A program made the translations under genes and the position numbers. From Octopus bimaculoides (taxonomy: Eukaryota): DNA of 64,000 nt. Under the pieces are notes generated by a model. The model was given only the letters and a program-made list of their open reading frames with translations, was not told the origin of the DNA and did no database searches. Shown piece after piece: positions 50,068 through 63,199 of the stretch (within the stretch, counting starts at the first letter, position 1; every line of letters starts with the position of its first letter). The DNA is taken from contig NC_068983.1 of NCBI RefSeq assembly GCF_001194135.2, forward strand, positions 66,258,672-66,322,671. The letters run 5' to 3'.

Positions 50068-51389
50068 ATATATATATATGTACTGGACTTCCAGTACAAA
50101 TTGTGTTTATAAGATTTTGGTAAACTTAAGGCTACTGTACAAAACACATGTCCAAGTAAGATTAAGCTTATAACCACATGATTGCAAAGATAATTTCTTA
50201 AGCACAGCCATTTCAGTACTCATATGAAGCATTATAAAACTGATGCATTCAAACATCAACGAAAATAACAGGACAAATTGTACATTATATGATTTTTGAG
50301 ATTTAAGTTCACATATCTTGTACTATATGACTGACACAGTAAAAATAGATTATTACAGAACTTATGGTAGGACGAACTGTAGGTTCATTTTTTATGGATT
50401 ATTCATAAGCAGCACTCCTGACCTTTTTTTGTAGAGCCTTTGTGTTGAAGAAAAACAAGAACAAACCATGATTCAGGGATTATTCTTTGATTAAGGATCT
50501 TGTCTGAATGCTAGCGATATAGTGAACTTCATAAAAGGCACCAAGAGACAGATTGTAAGTGCTGTCCATTTAAAAGAGTTCTGCACAATTTCCATGGACC
50601 TAATTTTGCACCCAAAGCCTGGGTCAAACTAGGGCTATGACGGAAGACATTTACACAAGGTATTATGATATAGAGTTCAAATCCTGAACCATAACCAAAC
50701 AGAAGGGAATAAGTAAAATGTCAAATTTAGATTTCTTACATAGAAAAAGATTTCTATGGTAAATGAAATTGTATAATAATGCCACTTACAATACAAAAAA
50801 GCAAATATTGATTTCTTACTCACACAAGAGAAACTGTTATGGTTTCAAATGTGTCTATAGCACTTAATGGTGTTCTATGCAACATTTTCTATCTCTCTTT
50901 CCATACATCGTGGCTTTATCCTTTCACTTTATCTCCGCTTCTATATCTCCAAATACTATGCCTTATGTATATGCTCTTTCTGTGTATTCTATGTTTATAT
51001 GTATTCTATGCATGTAAGCATGGCTGAGCGGTTAAGAAGTTCACTGACCTTCTGGGTCAACTTCTTTTCTTGGACAAGTGTCTTTTACCACGGCCTAAGA
51101 TCAACCCAAGCCTTATGAATGAAATTGGGTGTATAATTGCATGGAAACGTTTCAGATGGATTATTCTGGTAACTCAAATCATTCAACCTTGTCACACACT
51201 ATATCATGCTGATTCAGGCAGTGGACTACATTAAGAGAACACTTGCCTGTGAAACACTAAGCCCTTACAAGCTAATTCAATGAGCTGGTAGTTCATTGCC
51301 AAAATACAATCATCAAAATTGGTAGAGGCTCAATTTATTTTATTTTTTACCTTATTATGTCCTTAATCAATATTGCATCGCTTGAAGTT

Positions 51390-51670
51390 GTCTTTAAGAA
51401 GTAAGAGAGAAATGCTCAGGAACAAGAATATTGGAGATCCATTACCAACTTTTGAGATCAGTAGGACAGCCAAGCAAGAAGAAAAAAGGAAGTGCAGAAA
51501 AAACTTAGACAGAAACGACCAAGAAGGGACCTTCCATCTGGAACCGCCTGTCCCACTTGTGGAAGAAATTTCCGAACAAGAATTGGACTCATCAGTCATC
51601 TCAGAATCCATCAATAACAATAAAAAGCAAACAAAGACAACCATCCATGACCTTGAGGGATGGCCATAAT
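51390..51670 (+). mobile_element. 5'-truncated RTE-group LINE 3' end with a C2H2-like C-terminus
   Basis: RQKRPRRDLPSGTACPTCGRNFRTRIGLISHLRIHQ* followed by a short 3' UTR (accatccatgaccttgagggatggcc). Confidence 0.75.
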
Positions 51671-54600
51671 GATAACTATGACCCCTAATTTCTATGCATT
51701 ATATCGACACTTGATTTTTTAAATGTATTTCTATACCAAATTCCTATATCTATGCTTTTATATTTTATCCTCTGTGATGCTTGAATTTTCTTTCTCTGTG
51801 CCTAAATATCACATCCATATATCCATGCTATTTGTTGTAACTTATATCACATGCTATAGCTACTTTTTAAAGTCTTTCTCTGTTTTTATCTAATTCTCCA
51901 TGCTATAGCTCTGTAGTCTATTTCCAATGCTTTAGATTCTCTCCCTTTGTTATTTGATAAAGCTAATACCTTCAATTATCAACATTTTAAATGTTATGCT
52001 TTTTGATATGGTAAAATGATTCTTATCAAATGAAGTTATTTAGTTCAGTTTTGATACTCCTTTGTCACTCTACCCAGCAGTAATGCAGTGAAATAATGAT
52101 TGGTCTGTTTGAAAACTCTAACCAATGATGAGATTGTTCACATTTTGTTATAAAATAAGCAAATAAAAAATCTATTGTTGTTTGTATGCAAGCTTTGTAG
52201 AATAACAGGTAAACTCCCTGCAAGGAAAGTCCTCATTATAATTTCTATCCTTGGTTGATTCTATTTCAGTTAGCTTCACTAATAGCACTAATAGCACTTC
52301 TCATAAGAATTTTGGAAAGTTACATTTATTATTATTCTATTTTGAAATTTTATGTCTTTTTTGCTGAATTTGAGAGAACCAAATATCATTAGTAACATTA
52401 ACAAATTTGGATAAATTTGGCTGTAGTGAAAAAATGAGGTCACTTATGTTTCATGTAATGCACATTGTAAGAGAACCAAAATTTGTTTTAATGAAGCAAT
52501 GAGCATATAAGTGTACCTGTTTACTCAGTGCTACCATAAACATTTTTTAAAACTTTTTTCTCACTAGTAATGGGTTTTGTTCAAAACATCAGTAACTCCA
52601 TCACATCATGGTATATAGACTTTTGTAAATATGCAAACCTCATTAAATGATTTTTGCCAGTGTAGTTCACTATTTTTTTCCTAATACTGGTTTTGATATT
52701 CAATATTATTAGTGTTCATATTTTCTGGTTTTGGCAATGGAAATAATATAACTAGTAGGGATAAGTGTTTTTCCAGTTGTGTATCCTTGCAACTGATAAC
52801 CATTACAGTGTGAAAAACAAGTGGGAATTGTCTTGTAGCCAAGTCTTTTGCCTGGCTCCAGGGTACAAACAATACATGTCTAAATGTCTGGGGTAAGTTA
52901 AAAAAGTATAATTTTTTTAGACTATTAACCTCATCTTTAAAGATAAAAGATCGTTCAATATTTACATTTACTTGATGTTTTGATTTATTTGATCTCTGAT
53001 TATCATCAATGAGTATCTTATTTTTAGATGAGGACATATTATTCTTGATTCAAAACTGAGTATTTTTAATTTTAAGCTAAGAGTAATAACACTCTTATGC
53101 ACTTGGTGACAGACACATGTACAAGGAATAAGTCACCTGATGACAATCTGAGATATTGTTTACCATAATGCAATGAAGGTGCACATAATGAAAACTGTTT
53201 TCCTTTCTGAAGATGAAGTTAACAGTCTGGAAAATTATAATTTCACAATATAATACTTTGAATTCATTAACACAAGAACAATACACCATCATATACTCTG
53301 ACATAACACCTGGCCAGCATGTAACTGTATCTTATAAAAACAATTACATAAAGTGGAATTTGTTGGGGTTTCTGTAAAGAGAAAAAGTATCTAATGAGTT
53401 GGTCAGTATCACTTTACTACCAACAAGCCCACTTATGACCACTTACATAACTCAAATCCCATCAGTAGCCACAGTAATATTTCACATTAAATAGACAACC
53501 ACATCACCATTAACAACCCTATCGTTTTCCATTAATCAACCAATCAATTATAGTGCCATACTCTTACCTCAAAACCTTGAAATACTATGTTTCACACTGG
53601 CACAAAGCCAAAGATTTGCAGAATTGAATTATAATCAATTTGATCAGCCCCAGTACATGACAGGTATTTTTTTAATCAACTGTGATTGAATCAAAGGCAG
53701 TAATAGCTTTTTTAAAGTAGTTAAATATCTTACCTAAGAAAATAAGGAAATTATCAACAGTAAAATGTGCACTCATAACTAAGAGTGCCTCTATTCAACT
53801 CCTGCCTAAACAAATAACAAAGAACTAGAAATTATAATTGTAACATCTATAATGCTAGAAAATATAATTGGCAATTCAAATAACCAAATTATATTTCAAA
53901 TATTTGAATAGAATAAATAGATTTATACTCTCCACTGATATGAGATTTTAATTATTTTCTAATGATAATGAGACAACAAATCTGAACAGTTTTATTATGA
54001 AAACCAAACAGTATTTAATTAAAAATTACATTTCATTAAATCAACTCTACACTCTCAGAAAACAAATATTTAAGAACAAAATAATTGCGAGAAGCTGCAA
54101 AAAGTTTCTGAAGACTGTTAGCTTTCATTTTGTTCTCTCCATCCTCAGTAAGTTGGGAATATAAACATAATGGCAGCAGCTAAAAAGTAAGGCCAGCACT
54201 TGATTGTTTTTTTTTTAAACATGAGCAGCACAGAACTGGCATTTTAGTCCTGGACTTAACTCTTTTGCAGAGACATGGCCACCTTTTGCAGTAAGTGTTA
54301 CTGTGTTGTTTTGGGTGAATCTTCCTATATTTCAGTCTGCCGCTTGGCACACATTCTTTTCCACACTCTTTGCAAACAGAGACATCATATAATGCATATA
54401 TAACAACTTGTGTGTGTGTGTGTGTGGTTTCTCTGATAACTTTTAAGGCTTGCCTTACTTAGACAGGCACAACCACACTTATTACATGCTAAATCAGGCT
54501 GTGTCCCAGCTTACTCATTCAAATTAACATCAAAGCTGTTACAGACATTTCTCTTGAGCTTTTGAATGCTAGATACAAATTTGAGCTGAAAGACTCTTTA

Positions 54601-54771
54601 GGATAGAAAGAGCTGAAGGATACCAGTGGGACTTGAAGCCACATCTCCAGTAGATATGTGTGTATGAATGTATATTATATCTATCTGTGTGTGTGTGTGT
54701 GTGTGTGTATGCATGAACACATACATACATGCATACATACATACATACATACATACATACATACATGTATA

Positions 54772-55435
54772 CGAGAAGTGGGTTGAAAAGGTCATACCCT
54801 GACTATGAAGGAGTGATGCTTGAGCTGTGAAAGCTTGCATGCATCAATTTCAAGTCTTCATATAAATAACTGCATTTCATGTTGCTCCAGTTCATTCAGC
54901 TGTAGAAATGAGTTGCGATGTGACTGGTGTTAAGCTGTATCAGCCTTTGTCTTTCCCTTGGATAACATCAGTGGATAACAACCTTGTCCGGACTTGTGCT
55001 TCAGAGGGGAACTTTCTAGGTGCTATCCCATGGTCATTCATGACCAAGTGGGGTCTTAAATTTCTTCCCAGGTAAACTTACATCTGACTATTCAAAGAAG
55101 ACTTCAAAAGTAACTAGTAGCAACTTCTCTTGACAAAATTTGGTATCATGCTATTATCAAGTACCCAGAAAGAAAGGGTTTAGACCCTACTACCACCACC
55201 ACCACCACCTCCAATGATATTCTTGCTGATATGGTTGCTACATTTGGGGATGATGTTCCAGCTTTATCAACAGTGCAAAAGTGGACAGCTGAAGTTATGA
55301 AGGAAAAACAGAGTCTTGAAGATGACCCAGGGTCTGAACATCCTGCAACTGCCACCACCGAGGAAAACATTGATTGTGTTCACCCCATGGTGATAGATGA
55401 CTATATATCAAATAGCCAATGCTCTTAGCATACTC
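54772..55435 (+). mobile_element. 5' part of an irritans/Hsmar2-like mariner, interrupted by a family C SINE fragment (54870-55060)
   Basis: TA-cgagaagtgggttgaaaagg left end; DKIWYHAIIKY..KG, DMVATFGDDVPALSTVQKW, SLEDDPGSEHPATATTEENID. Confidence 0.85.
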
Positions 55436-55759
55436 TATTAGATTAAATTTTTTTAAGAAAGAGCAAAAAGAACTGATGTGCTTTCTCCAAATCCAATTTA
55501 TCAGTAGCACAGTGAAGATTCATTAGATGAATAGATGCATATACTTGGGAGTGTGAATCAACAGTTCAACAAACACACCAACTGAACTACATATTTACAA
55601 ACACCAGAACAGTCTTTATTCGAAAGTCTTGTTGATTTGTTTGTGGCCAGCTTCAACTCTCTTAGCATACATATATATATATATATATACATATATAAAC
55701 ATACATACACACACACACATATGCGCACACACATACACATGCACAATGAACATCTTTCA

Positions 55760-56189
55760 GTTTCTTCCCACACGGCCTCACACTCAACATGGAGGCCTAC
55801 ATCAGGTGCCTAAAGGAGGTAGTGCTGCCATGGATCAAGAAGGTGGCTGCTAGAAGACCCTATATCTGGCAACAGGACTCTGCACTATGCCACACAAGCA
55901 GGAGAACCCAGTCATGGCTGTCAGACAATTTCTGCAACCATGTCGTTCCTAACATCTGGCCACCTAAGTTTCTAGACTTCAACTTCCTTGATTATTATGC
56001 GTGAAGTGCAATTGAGTGGGAGACTAACAGAACTCTTTGTAACACAAAAGATGAAATGAAAGCAAGGATTATGGTAGCATCCACCAGCTTAAACAAAGAG
56101 ACTGTCCAGAAGAGTTGCAGATTCCGAAGTCGTCTAGAGGGTGTGGTTGAAGGCTATGGCGATTTTATTGAATAAATTTACTCTTTCGT
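55760..56189 (+). mobile_element. maT (DD37D) Tc1/mariner transposase C-terminal fragment
   Basis: WQQDSALCHTSRRTQSWLSDNFCNHVVPNIWPPKFLDFNFLDYY, with 37 residues between the two Asp; ends ...VVEGYGDFIE*. Confidence 0.88.
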
Positions 56190-57481
56190 ATTTATCTAAT
56201 GAATGTAATATCAATGTGCATGAACAGTTATTCAATTGACACATAATCTGTATGTATTCCCCAGAGATGAAAAAAATAAAAGAAAGAAAAAAAGAATCCC
56301 AAGAGAGCAATATTTAAAAGAACTATCTTATGATTGGTAGATGGCACTAATAATACAGTACACACACCAAATCATTTACTCCTTTGACATACAACTGCAG
56401 CTTATTTTATGTGCATTAATGGAAATCTGATTTCTACAAACACACACACACGTGTATGTATGTGTGTGTTTGTATTTATATATATACATGATGATATATA
56501 TATATATATATCATCATCATCATCGTTTAACGTCCGCTTTCCATGCTAGCATGGGTTGGATGATTTGACTGAAGACTGGTGAGACCAGATGGCTACACCA
56601 GGCTCCAACCCGATTTGGCAGAGTTTCTACAGCTGGATGCCCTTCCTAACGCCAACCACTCTGAGAATGTAGTGGGTGCTTTTACGTGCCACCCGCACAA
56701 GAGCCAGTCCAGGGGCACTGGCAACGATCTCGCTCGAAAGTCCTTACACATGCCCCGGGCACAAGTGCCAGAAAGGCGACGCTGGGCACAGGTGCCATCC
56801 CAATTTCACTTTTGCTTGCCTCAATAAGTCTTCGCAAGCTGAGTTTCGTGTCCAATGAAGGAGACAACGTTGGCATGCGTGCCAGTCGTCGAATTTAGTT
56901 TGGTATATATATATATATNNNNNNNNNNNNNNNNNNNNNNNNNNNNNNNNNNNNNNNNNNNNNNNNNNNNNNNNNNNNNNNNNNNNNNNNNNNNNNNNNN
57001 NNNNNNNNNNNNNNNNNNNNNNNNNNNNNNNNNNNNNNNNNNNNNNNNNNNNNNNNNNNNNNNNNNNNNNNNNNNNNNNNNNNNNNNNNNNNNNNNNNNN
57101 NNNNNNNNNNNNNNNNNNNNNNNNNNNNNNNNNNNNNNNNNNNNNNNNNNNNNNTATATATATATATATATATATATATATGAGTGCTCACATATAAATG
57201 CACACAGAAAGACCCCCAACTTTTATATGCTAGTGTAGAAATCAGATTTCCGTTAATGCACATAAAAAAAGCTGCAGTTGTATGTCAAAGGAGTAAATGA
57301 TTTGGTGTGTGTACTGTATTATTAGTGCCATCTACCAATCATAAGATAGTTCTTTTAAATATTGCTCTCTTGGGATTCTTTTTTTCTTTCTTTCATTTTT
57401 TTATCTCTGGGGAATACATACAGATTATGTGTCAATTGAATAACTGTTCATGCACATTGATATTACATTCATTAGATAAAT
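56190..57481. repeat. Long inverted repeat: ~249-bp arms (56190-56438 and 57234-57481) around an RTE-tail insert and an N gap
   Basis: The arms are reverse complements with only a few differences (e.g. cttattttatgtgcattaatgg vs ctttttttatgtgcattaacgg). Confidence 0.93.
56510..56900 (-). mobile_element. Young RTE 3'-end fragment
   Basis: (cat)n-cgtttaacgtccgctttccatgctagcatgggttgg...ctggatgcccttcctaacgccaaccac; CpGs are retained. Confidence 0.8.
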
Positions 57482-58136
57482 GAGCATAAGATACAGTGAT
57501 TCCTTATTGCAAAAGATATAAATGTACATATGTGTATATGTGTGTTCGTGTTTACGTGTTTGTGTCTGTGTTTGTGTGTACTTTCATAAATATGGGCTTG
57601 TGTACAAATGTATATGTGAATCTATGTGGCTATATGTGGGTGTGTAGGTGTGTGTGTGTGTGTGCATTTGTGCATGCATGCACGTGTGCACATGTGTGTA
57701 CACATGTATTTGTGAAATTGTTATCTGATAGGTTAATATATTATTTAAACAGCAGACAAAGTGATGTACTACTATGTTGTAATAAACACTGGAAACGAGG
57801 TGTTAGAAAATAGACATATAAAGCCAAATGTGTTATATTTATACATTAATGTACAGCTGAATATTATAGGCAGCTTGATATGATTGTATGTTTTCAATAA
57901 ATTAAATACACAACATGGTCTCAGTTTGCAACCAATTGCAACCATATCACTTACTTTCTTATGTCTTTTTTTGAAAAACATTGAATGTGTCCATTTTCTC
58001 TCTTTTTCTATAAATGTAAGACTTGTTACATAATTAAGAATTATTGCACAGTCAATTAACTAAGTCCAAAAAATGTTGTGAGCTGCTAGTGTTAGATACA
58101 TGTGGTAGAAGATATCTAAAGAACATGTAAGAGCTA

Positions 58137-59417
58137 TTAGGTCGTCAAGTATGAAATTTGTAGAAAAGAAAAAAAGGTTTGCCAATGTTTTATAAATACA
58201 AGGAATAGTTTTATTCATCAAAGTATGCACCCATATTGTCAATACACTTTTGCCATTTCAGCAGTAGCTTGTCCAGCTCGGAACTGTAAAAGCCTGGCAA
58301 TCTAGAGTCAATAAAATCTTGGAAGGCCTGTTTTACAGCATCGTTGAAATTAAATTTTTTTCCTATCAAAAAGTCATCCAAATTCTGGAAAAAGTGGTAG
58401 TCAGTGGGGCAAGATCAGGTGAGTATGGTGGATGATGGAGAACTTCCAACTCCAACTTCTGTAGTTTTGCCAATGTCATTTTTGCGATATGTGGTCTGGT
58501 GTTGCCTTGCAATAAAATAGGAGTGGATCTGTTGACTAATCTAGGCTGTTCTTTTGTAAGTTTCTGCATCATTTGGTCCATTTGGCTGCAGTATACTTCG
58601 GCTGTGATTGATGAGCCAGGTTTAATGAAATCATAATAGATCACATCTGTGCCAGATCACCAAACACACCATCAGTTTCTTTTGATGAATTTTTCTTTTC
58701 GTGCTGTGCTGGTGATTCGTCTTTGTCCAACCATTGTGCTGAATGTTTACAGTTGTTGTATTGGATCCATTTCTCATCACATGTTACAATTCGATTCAAA
58801 AATGATTCATTTTTGTGACAAGAAAGAAGCATAATGCAGGCTTCCAAACGTTGCTGTTTCTGATTTTCATTGAGTTCATGTTGAACCCACTTATCCAGCT
58901 TTTCACTTTACCAATTTGAACCAGGTGAGTCAATATTGTTTGCTTGCTAACACCAAATAACAACAATAATTCACAGGCACTCTGAGATGGATCTGACTTG
59001 ACAGTGGCATTCAGTTCATCATTATACACCTTTGTTTCTGGTCGACCGCATTGCTCATTTGTGAGGTTAAAGTTACCAGAACGAAATATTGCAAACCAAT
59101 TTGATACTGTCTACTGTGTAATAACATTAGAATGAAATACTGCATTAATATTCCGAGCTGTCTGTGATGCTGTATTTCCAAGAAAGAACTCATATTTCAA
59201 AACTGTACGAATTTCCGACTTATCCATCTCTACACAAAACTAGCAAAAAAAGATTTATGAATACATTATAAAGTGCAAAATGAGTTAGAATGAAGAAATA
59301 GATGTGTTGGCTTTCTAACCAAAAATAAAGATTTTCAAAATATAATAATGGTGCAAAATGAGCAGCTGTCAAAGTTTACCATATACCTTACTACAAATTT
59401 CATACTTGATGACCTAA
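58137..59417 (-). mobile_element. Full-length mariner (cecropia/Hsmar1-like, DD34D) with 27-bp TIRs and TA TSD; transposase inactivated
   Basis: TA-ttaggtcgtcaagtatgaaatttgtag ... ctacaaatttcatacttgatgacctaa-TA (1 mismatch between TIRs). Confidence 0.96.
58211..59227 (-). pseudogene. Mariner transposase pseudogene
   Basis: MDKSEIRTVLKYEF... through IVTCDEKW, LLQGNTRPH (second catalytic D changed to G), HPPYSPDLAP (frameshift before the third D) to ...MGAYFDE*; internal stops and frameshifts. Confidence 0.93.
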
Positions 59418-61399
59418 TAGTAGAGTTGACAGATGTGACAGGTGGTGGTGGTGGTATTGGTGGTGGTGGTGGCGGTGGCGATGGCGGCAGTGGTGGATGT
59501 AATGACTATATTAGGAATGGTAGACTGAGACATATTTGACTATTTTGTAATAATCTTAACTACATTTATTTAGTGAAGTGATTTATGTGAGTAATGACGG
59601 GACTTATTTACCAGGTCACAGATTTATAGGAGAAATTAATGAGATTCTGTAATATTTATGCCTCTTTCAAAAGTATTTATGCCATTAGAAATTAAAAGTT
59701 GCTTACAGAATGAGTCCACCAGACACTTACCTATTATCAACTTATTTCTAATTTGTCACTATTGTGAATATTAGTTTCTCAAGAATACACAGAAATCTGA
59801 GACTATTGAAGACTTGACAGGGCAGAGAAAATTTTATAAGTGTCCAAAAGATAGAAAAAAAGTGTTTGAATAAATAATTTCATCACAGACAGATTTAGCA
59901 ACAATTATGTAAATTAATTTCAGCAACAAGATTAAAATTTGTCATGAAATGTACAGTCATGTGATTTAATATGCCCAAAGGTCATTTTTAGAAACATTAT
60001 AGCCAATTTCATGATTTAGTATTTCTTTTAAAATTCCTGTCAGATTTAGTAATATGATAAGATGTCAGGTGAGGGATTGCTTGAAGCAAACTAGACAAGA
60101 CAAAAGAAATTTGTACATTCTACAACTCTTTTGGTTGTAGTTTAGTCCCAGTTACCTCAAACTGAGGAAACCTAGAGCCAAAGGCAGCTTGTTGTTGCTC
60201 TCATCTAGTCACAGGTCCATCCCAATTGAGCAAACCTATGATCAAAAGTGTTATAATCAAGACTTCTTTTTTTATTTTAATCAAATGTCATGTATCTAAT
60301 ACTATATTATCCAGTGCATTTTCAAGATGGATGAGTGCAAAGTAAAGAAAATTTAGCTGCTATTTTTTGCAGCTTGAGTAATCACATAGCCACCTCTTTG
60401 TTGGCTTATAACTTTGTCTCTTGCTGTACTAAGCCTTGCCAGTAGATATATAACTAGCATGTCCTTTTGATTTCATTTATATACTCAAATGTTCCACTGG
60501 TAATCATGAGATCATAGGTTCAAGTGGGTGGTGCACTGTATTTTTGATCAAAACACTTCATTGCACATTGCTCTGTGATTACTTCAATATCTGATGTATG
60601 ACATACTGTGCACTCGTTCAGGCAAAATCGATTTGATGGAGAGAGTGAACAAATGTATGGCATTTGTTCACTATAAACAAATCATTTGTGCAGGTCGTTA
60701 AGCAAGAAACTGCAGAACTGTCTTTCTTTGACTTAAAAGACTATCATTAAATATACTCAAACATGTCATATTATTAGTCATGGTATTTGATATCCAAATA
60801 TGATGTTGGAAGAAGTCCAGCTTTTGGTTTAATGTTAAAAGTTGAGGATATACAAATCAGCTTGAAAATTTCATAAGGTTTCTCAAATACTTTAAATCAT
60901 TATTTCATTATTTCTTTCAATTTACTCAGTAATTAAGTCTTGGATTAAGAAATAAGGCAATTTAAAAGATAGAAAAGGTAATTTTGTTTACCTGACCAAC
61001 ACCAAGCTATAGTTCTCTTGTGAGGATCAACTTTGCGGATAATATTCATTTACATATGATAATTTTTATTTTTCACTTATTAGATTTAGTTTGTAATGAA
61101 GTAGACTGAGACATCTTTTAGTTCTTTCAGTCACTGGACTGTGGTCATACTGGGGCATCATTTTGAAGAGTTTAGTCAAATAAATCTAACTCAGTACTTA
61201 TTTTTTAAGTTTGCTACTTATTCTATTGGTCTTGTTTGATAACTTATAGGAAAAAAAGCAACACCAGTTATCAAAAAGTGGGGAGGGTGATAACCAATAA
61301 AGACAAAGATACACACACATGAATATGCATGCATACACATACATATATAAATACATACATACATAAAGCATACATACATTCATACACCAAGGAAGACTT

Positions 61400-61880
61400 G
61401 GGATGAGGTGATGAAGCTTGATCTTCAAACCTTGGACCTCATTGAAGCAATGACTAGTGACTGAGACCTTTGGCGATATACCATACTTGAGAAGACCCAT
61501 CAAACCAAATAAAATCATAATCGTGGCCATTGTCAGTGTCATGTAACTGGCACCCATGCTGGTGACACATAAAAAGCATCTTTCAAGCATTGGACCTCAT
61601 AGAAACAATGACAGATAACAGAGACCTTTGGCAAAATGCCAAGTGAAATCATAGTCATGGCAGGTACTGATGTCACATAACTGGCATCCATGCTGGTGGC
61701 ACATAAAAGCACCCATTACACTCTCAGAATGGTTGGCATTAGGAAGGGCATCCAGCCATGGAAACCATGCCAGATCAGACTGGAGTCTAGTGCAGCCCCT
61801 CAGCTTACCAGCCCATGCCGTCCAACCCATGCTAGTATGGGCAACGGATGTTAAATGATGACGACGATGAGGATGATGAT
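61400..61880 (+). mobile_element. RTE 3' region with an internal duplication and (GAT)n tail
   Basis: The gagacctttggc...aaatcata.tc.tggc block occurs twice (~61461, ~61621). Ends gtccaacccatgctagtatgggcaacggatgttaaa(tga)n. Confidence 0.75.
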
Positions 61881-63110
61881 GATACATAACAGGCTTCCTC
61901 AAAGTTTCTGTCAACCAAATTCACTCACAAAGCATTGGTCAGTCTGTGTCTATAGTAGAAAGCACTTACTCATTGTCATCTTGGTGCATAAATCAACCTG
62001 CTTTTTTGACTGTAAACTTTTGTCTGAAAAAATTTACTTCTATGCTAGAAAATATGGAAGTAGTCCATTAAGCTCAGTATAGAGTTGAACATAGGTAGTA
62101 TGCAGGATTTATTTCTTATGACATTAGCATATATTACATTTCTTATAACTGTTAACCTTAAATATATGTAAATGAATATTTTAAGATTATTTTGCTGCTC
62201 ACATTCATACCATCTTCTGTCCAACAAAGAAACAGCTACGATATTCAGTGAGTAACCAGAGTGAAATTGTAATGTCTTTCATAATGCAACTCACATGCTT
62301 AGTATGTCTTCTAGAGAGCAATGTGCAAATCTGTGGATTAAACATATCTTATCGAATGTTTTATTATTTTGTCTCAAGAATGACAGTCATCAAAACACTT
62401 ACATCCTCATTTCACCAACATTAAGTTCCTTCTAAATGTAGTGGAAATATTAATTTCAAATTTTGGCACAAAGCCAGCAATTTCAGAGGAGGGGTAAGCT
62501 GGTTACATCAACCCTAGTGCTGGACTAGTACCTATGTTATTGACCTCCTAAAAGGATGAAGGACAAAGTCAATGTCAGTGGAATTTAAACTCAAAATGTA
62601 AAAACAGACAAAATGCCATTCCAAATGCAGTGGAAATATTATTTTAAACTTATGTAATTGTTTGTTAGTACCTACTTCCTATCTTGAACAGACATTTTAG
62701 TAGTTTGACTGAAAAGAATGGCAGCACATAGCTTTTCCAGCTCTTTCTAGCATATCTTTAGTGTGTAGCTATTGTCTAGTTTGAACTACATAAATCTTGT
62801 AACTGTAACAAACAGTAGTTTGAATTACTATATGTTACTTATAAGATTTAGGTAGAAAAGAAGATTTAAAGACAGCTTAACAGAAAAAGGATTATGTAAG
62901 CTAGATGTTCAAGTGAGTTAGGGTCATAAAGGGAGGAGGGAGTAATGGTATTAGGTGAAGATGAGTTCAGAGGGAAAATGTAGAGAAACATCAGTTGCTT
63001 AGTAACTGTCTAAGAAGCAGAAATGATATTAGTGAGTGTTGCCTATTAACAAACAGCCATTTTAAGAGGATAGCATCTTATTTATGTTACCTGAATCAGA
63101 GTTGTATAAG

Positions 63111-63147
<37 letters not shown>

Positions 63148-63199
63148 CTTGGAAACGGATGCGCAGTGTTCAATCATATAATAATATAAATAAAATATG

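Noticed and set aside
53137-53170. CTGATGA followed by a caat/attg hairpin
   Set aside because: No GAAA after the stem, so the hammerhead core is incomplete.
54000-54300. Several splice-like signals and short open frames on both strands
   Set aside because: Mutually incompatible, no recognisable protein, and expected by chance.
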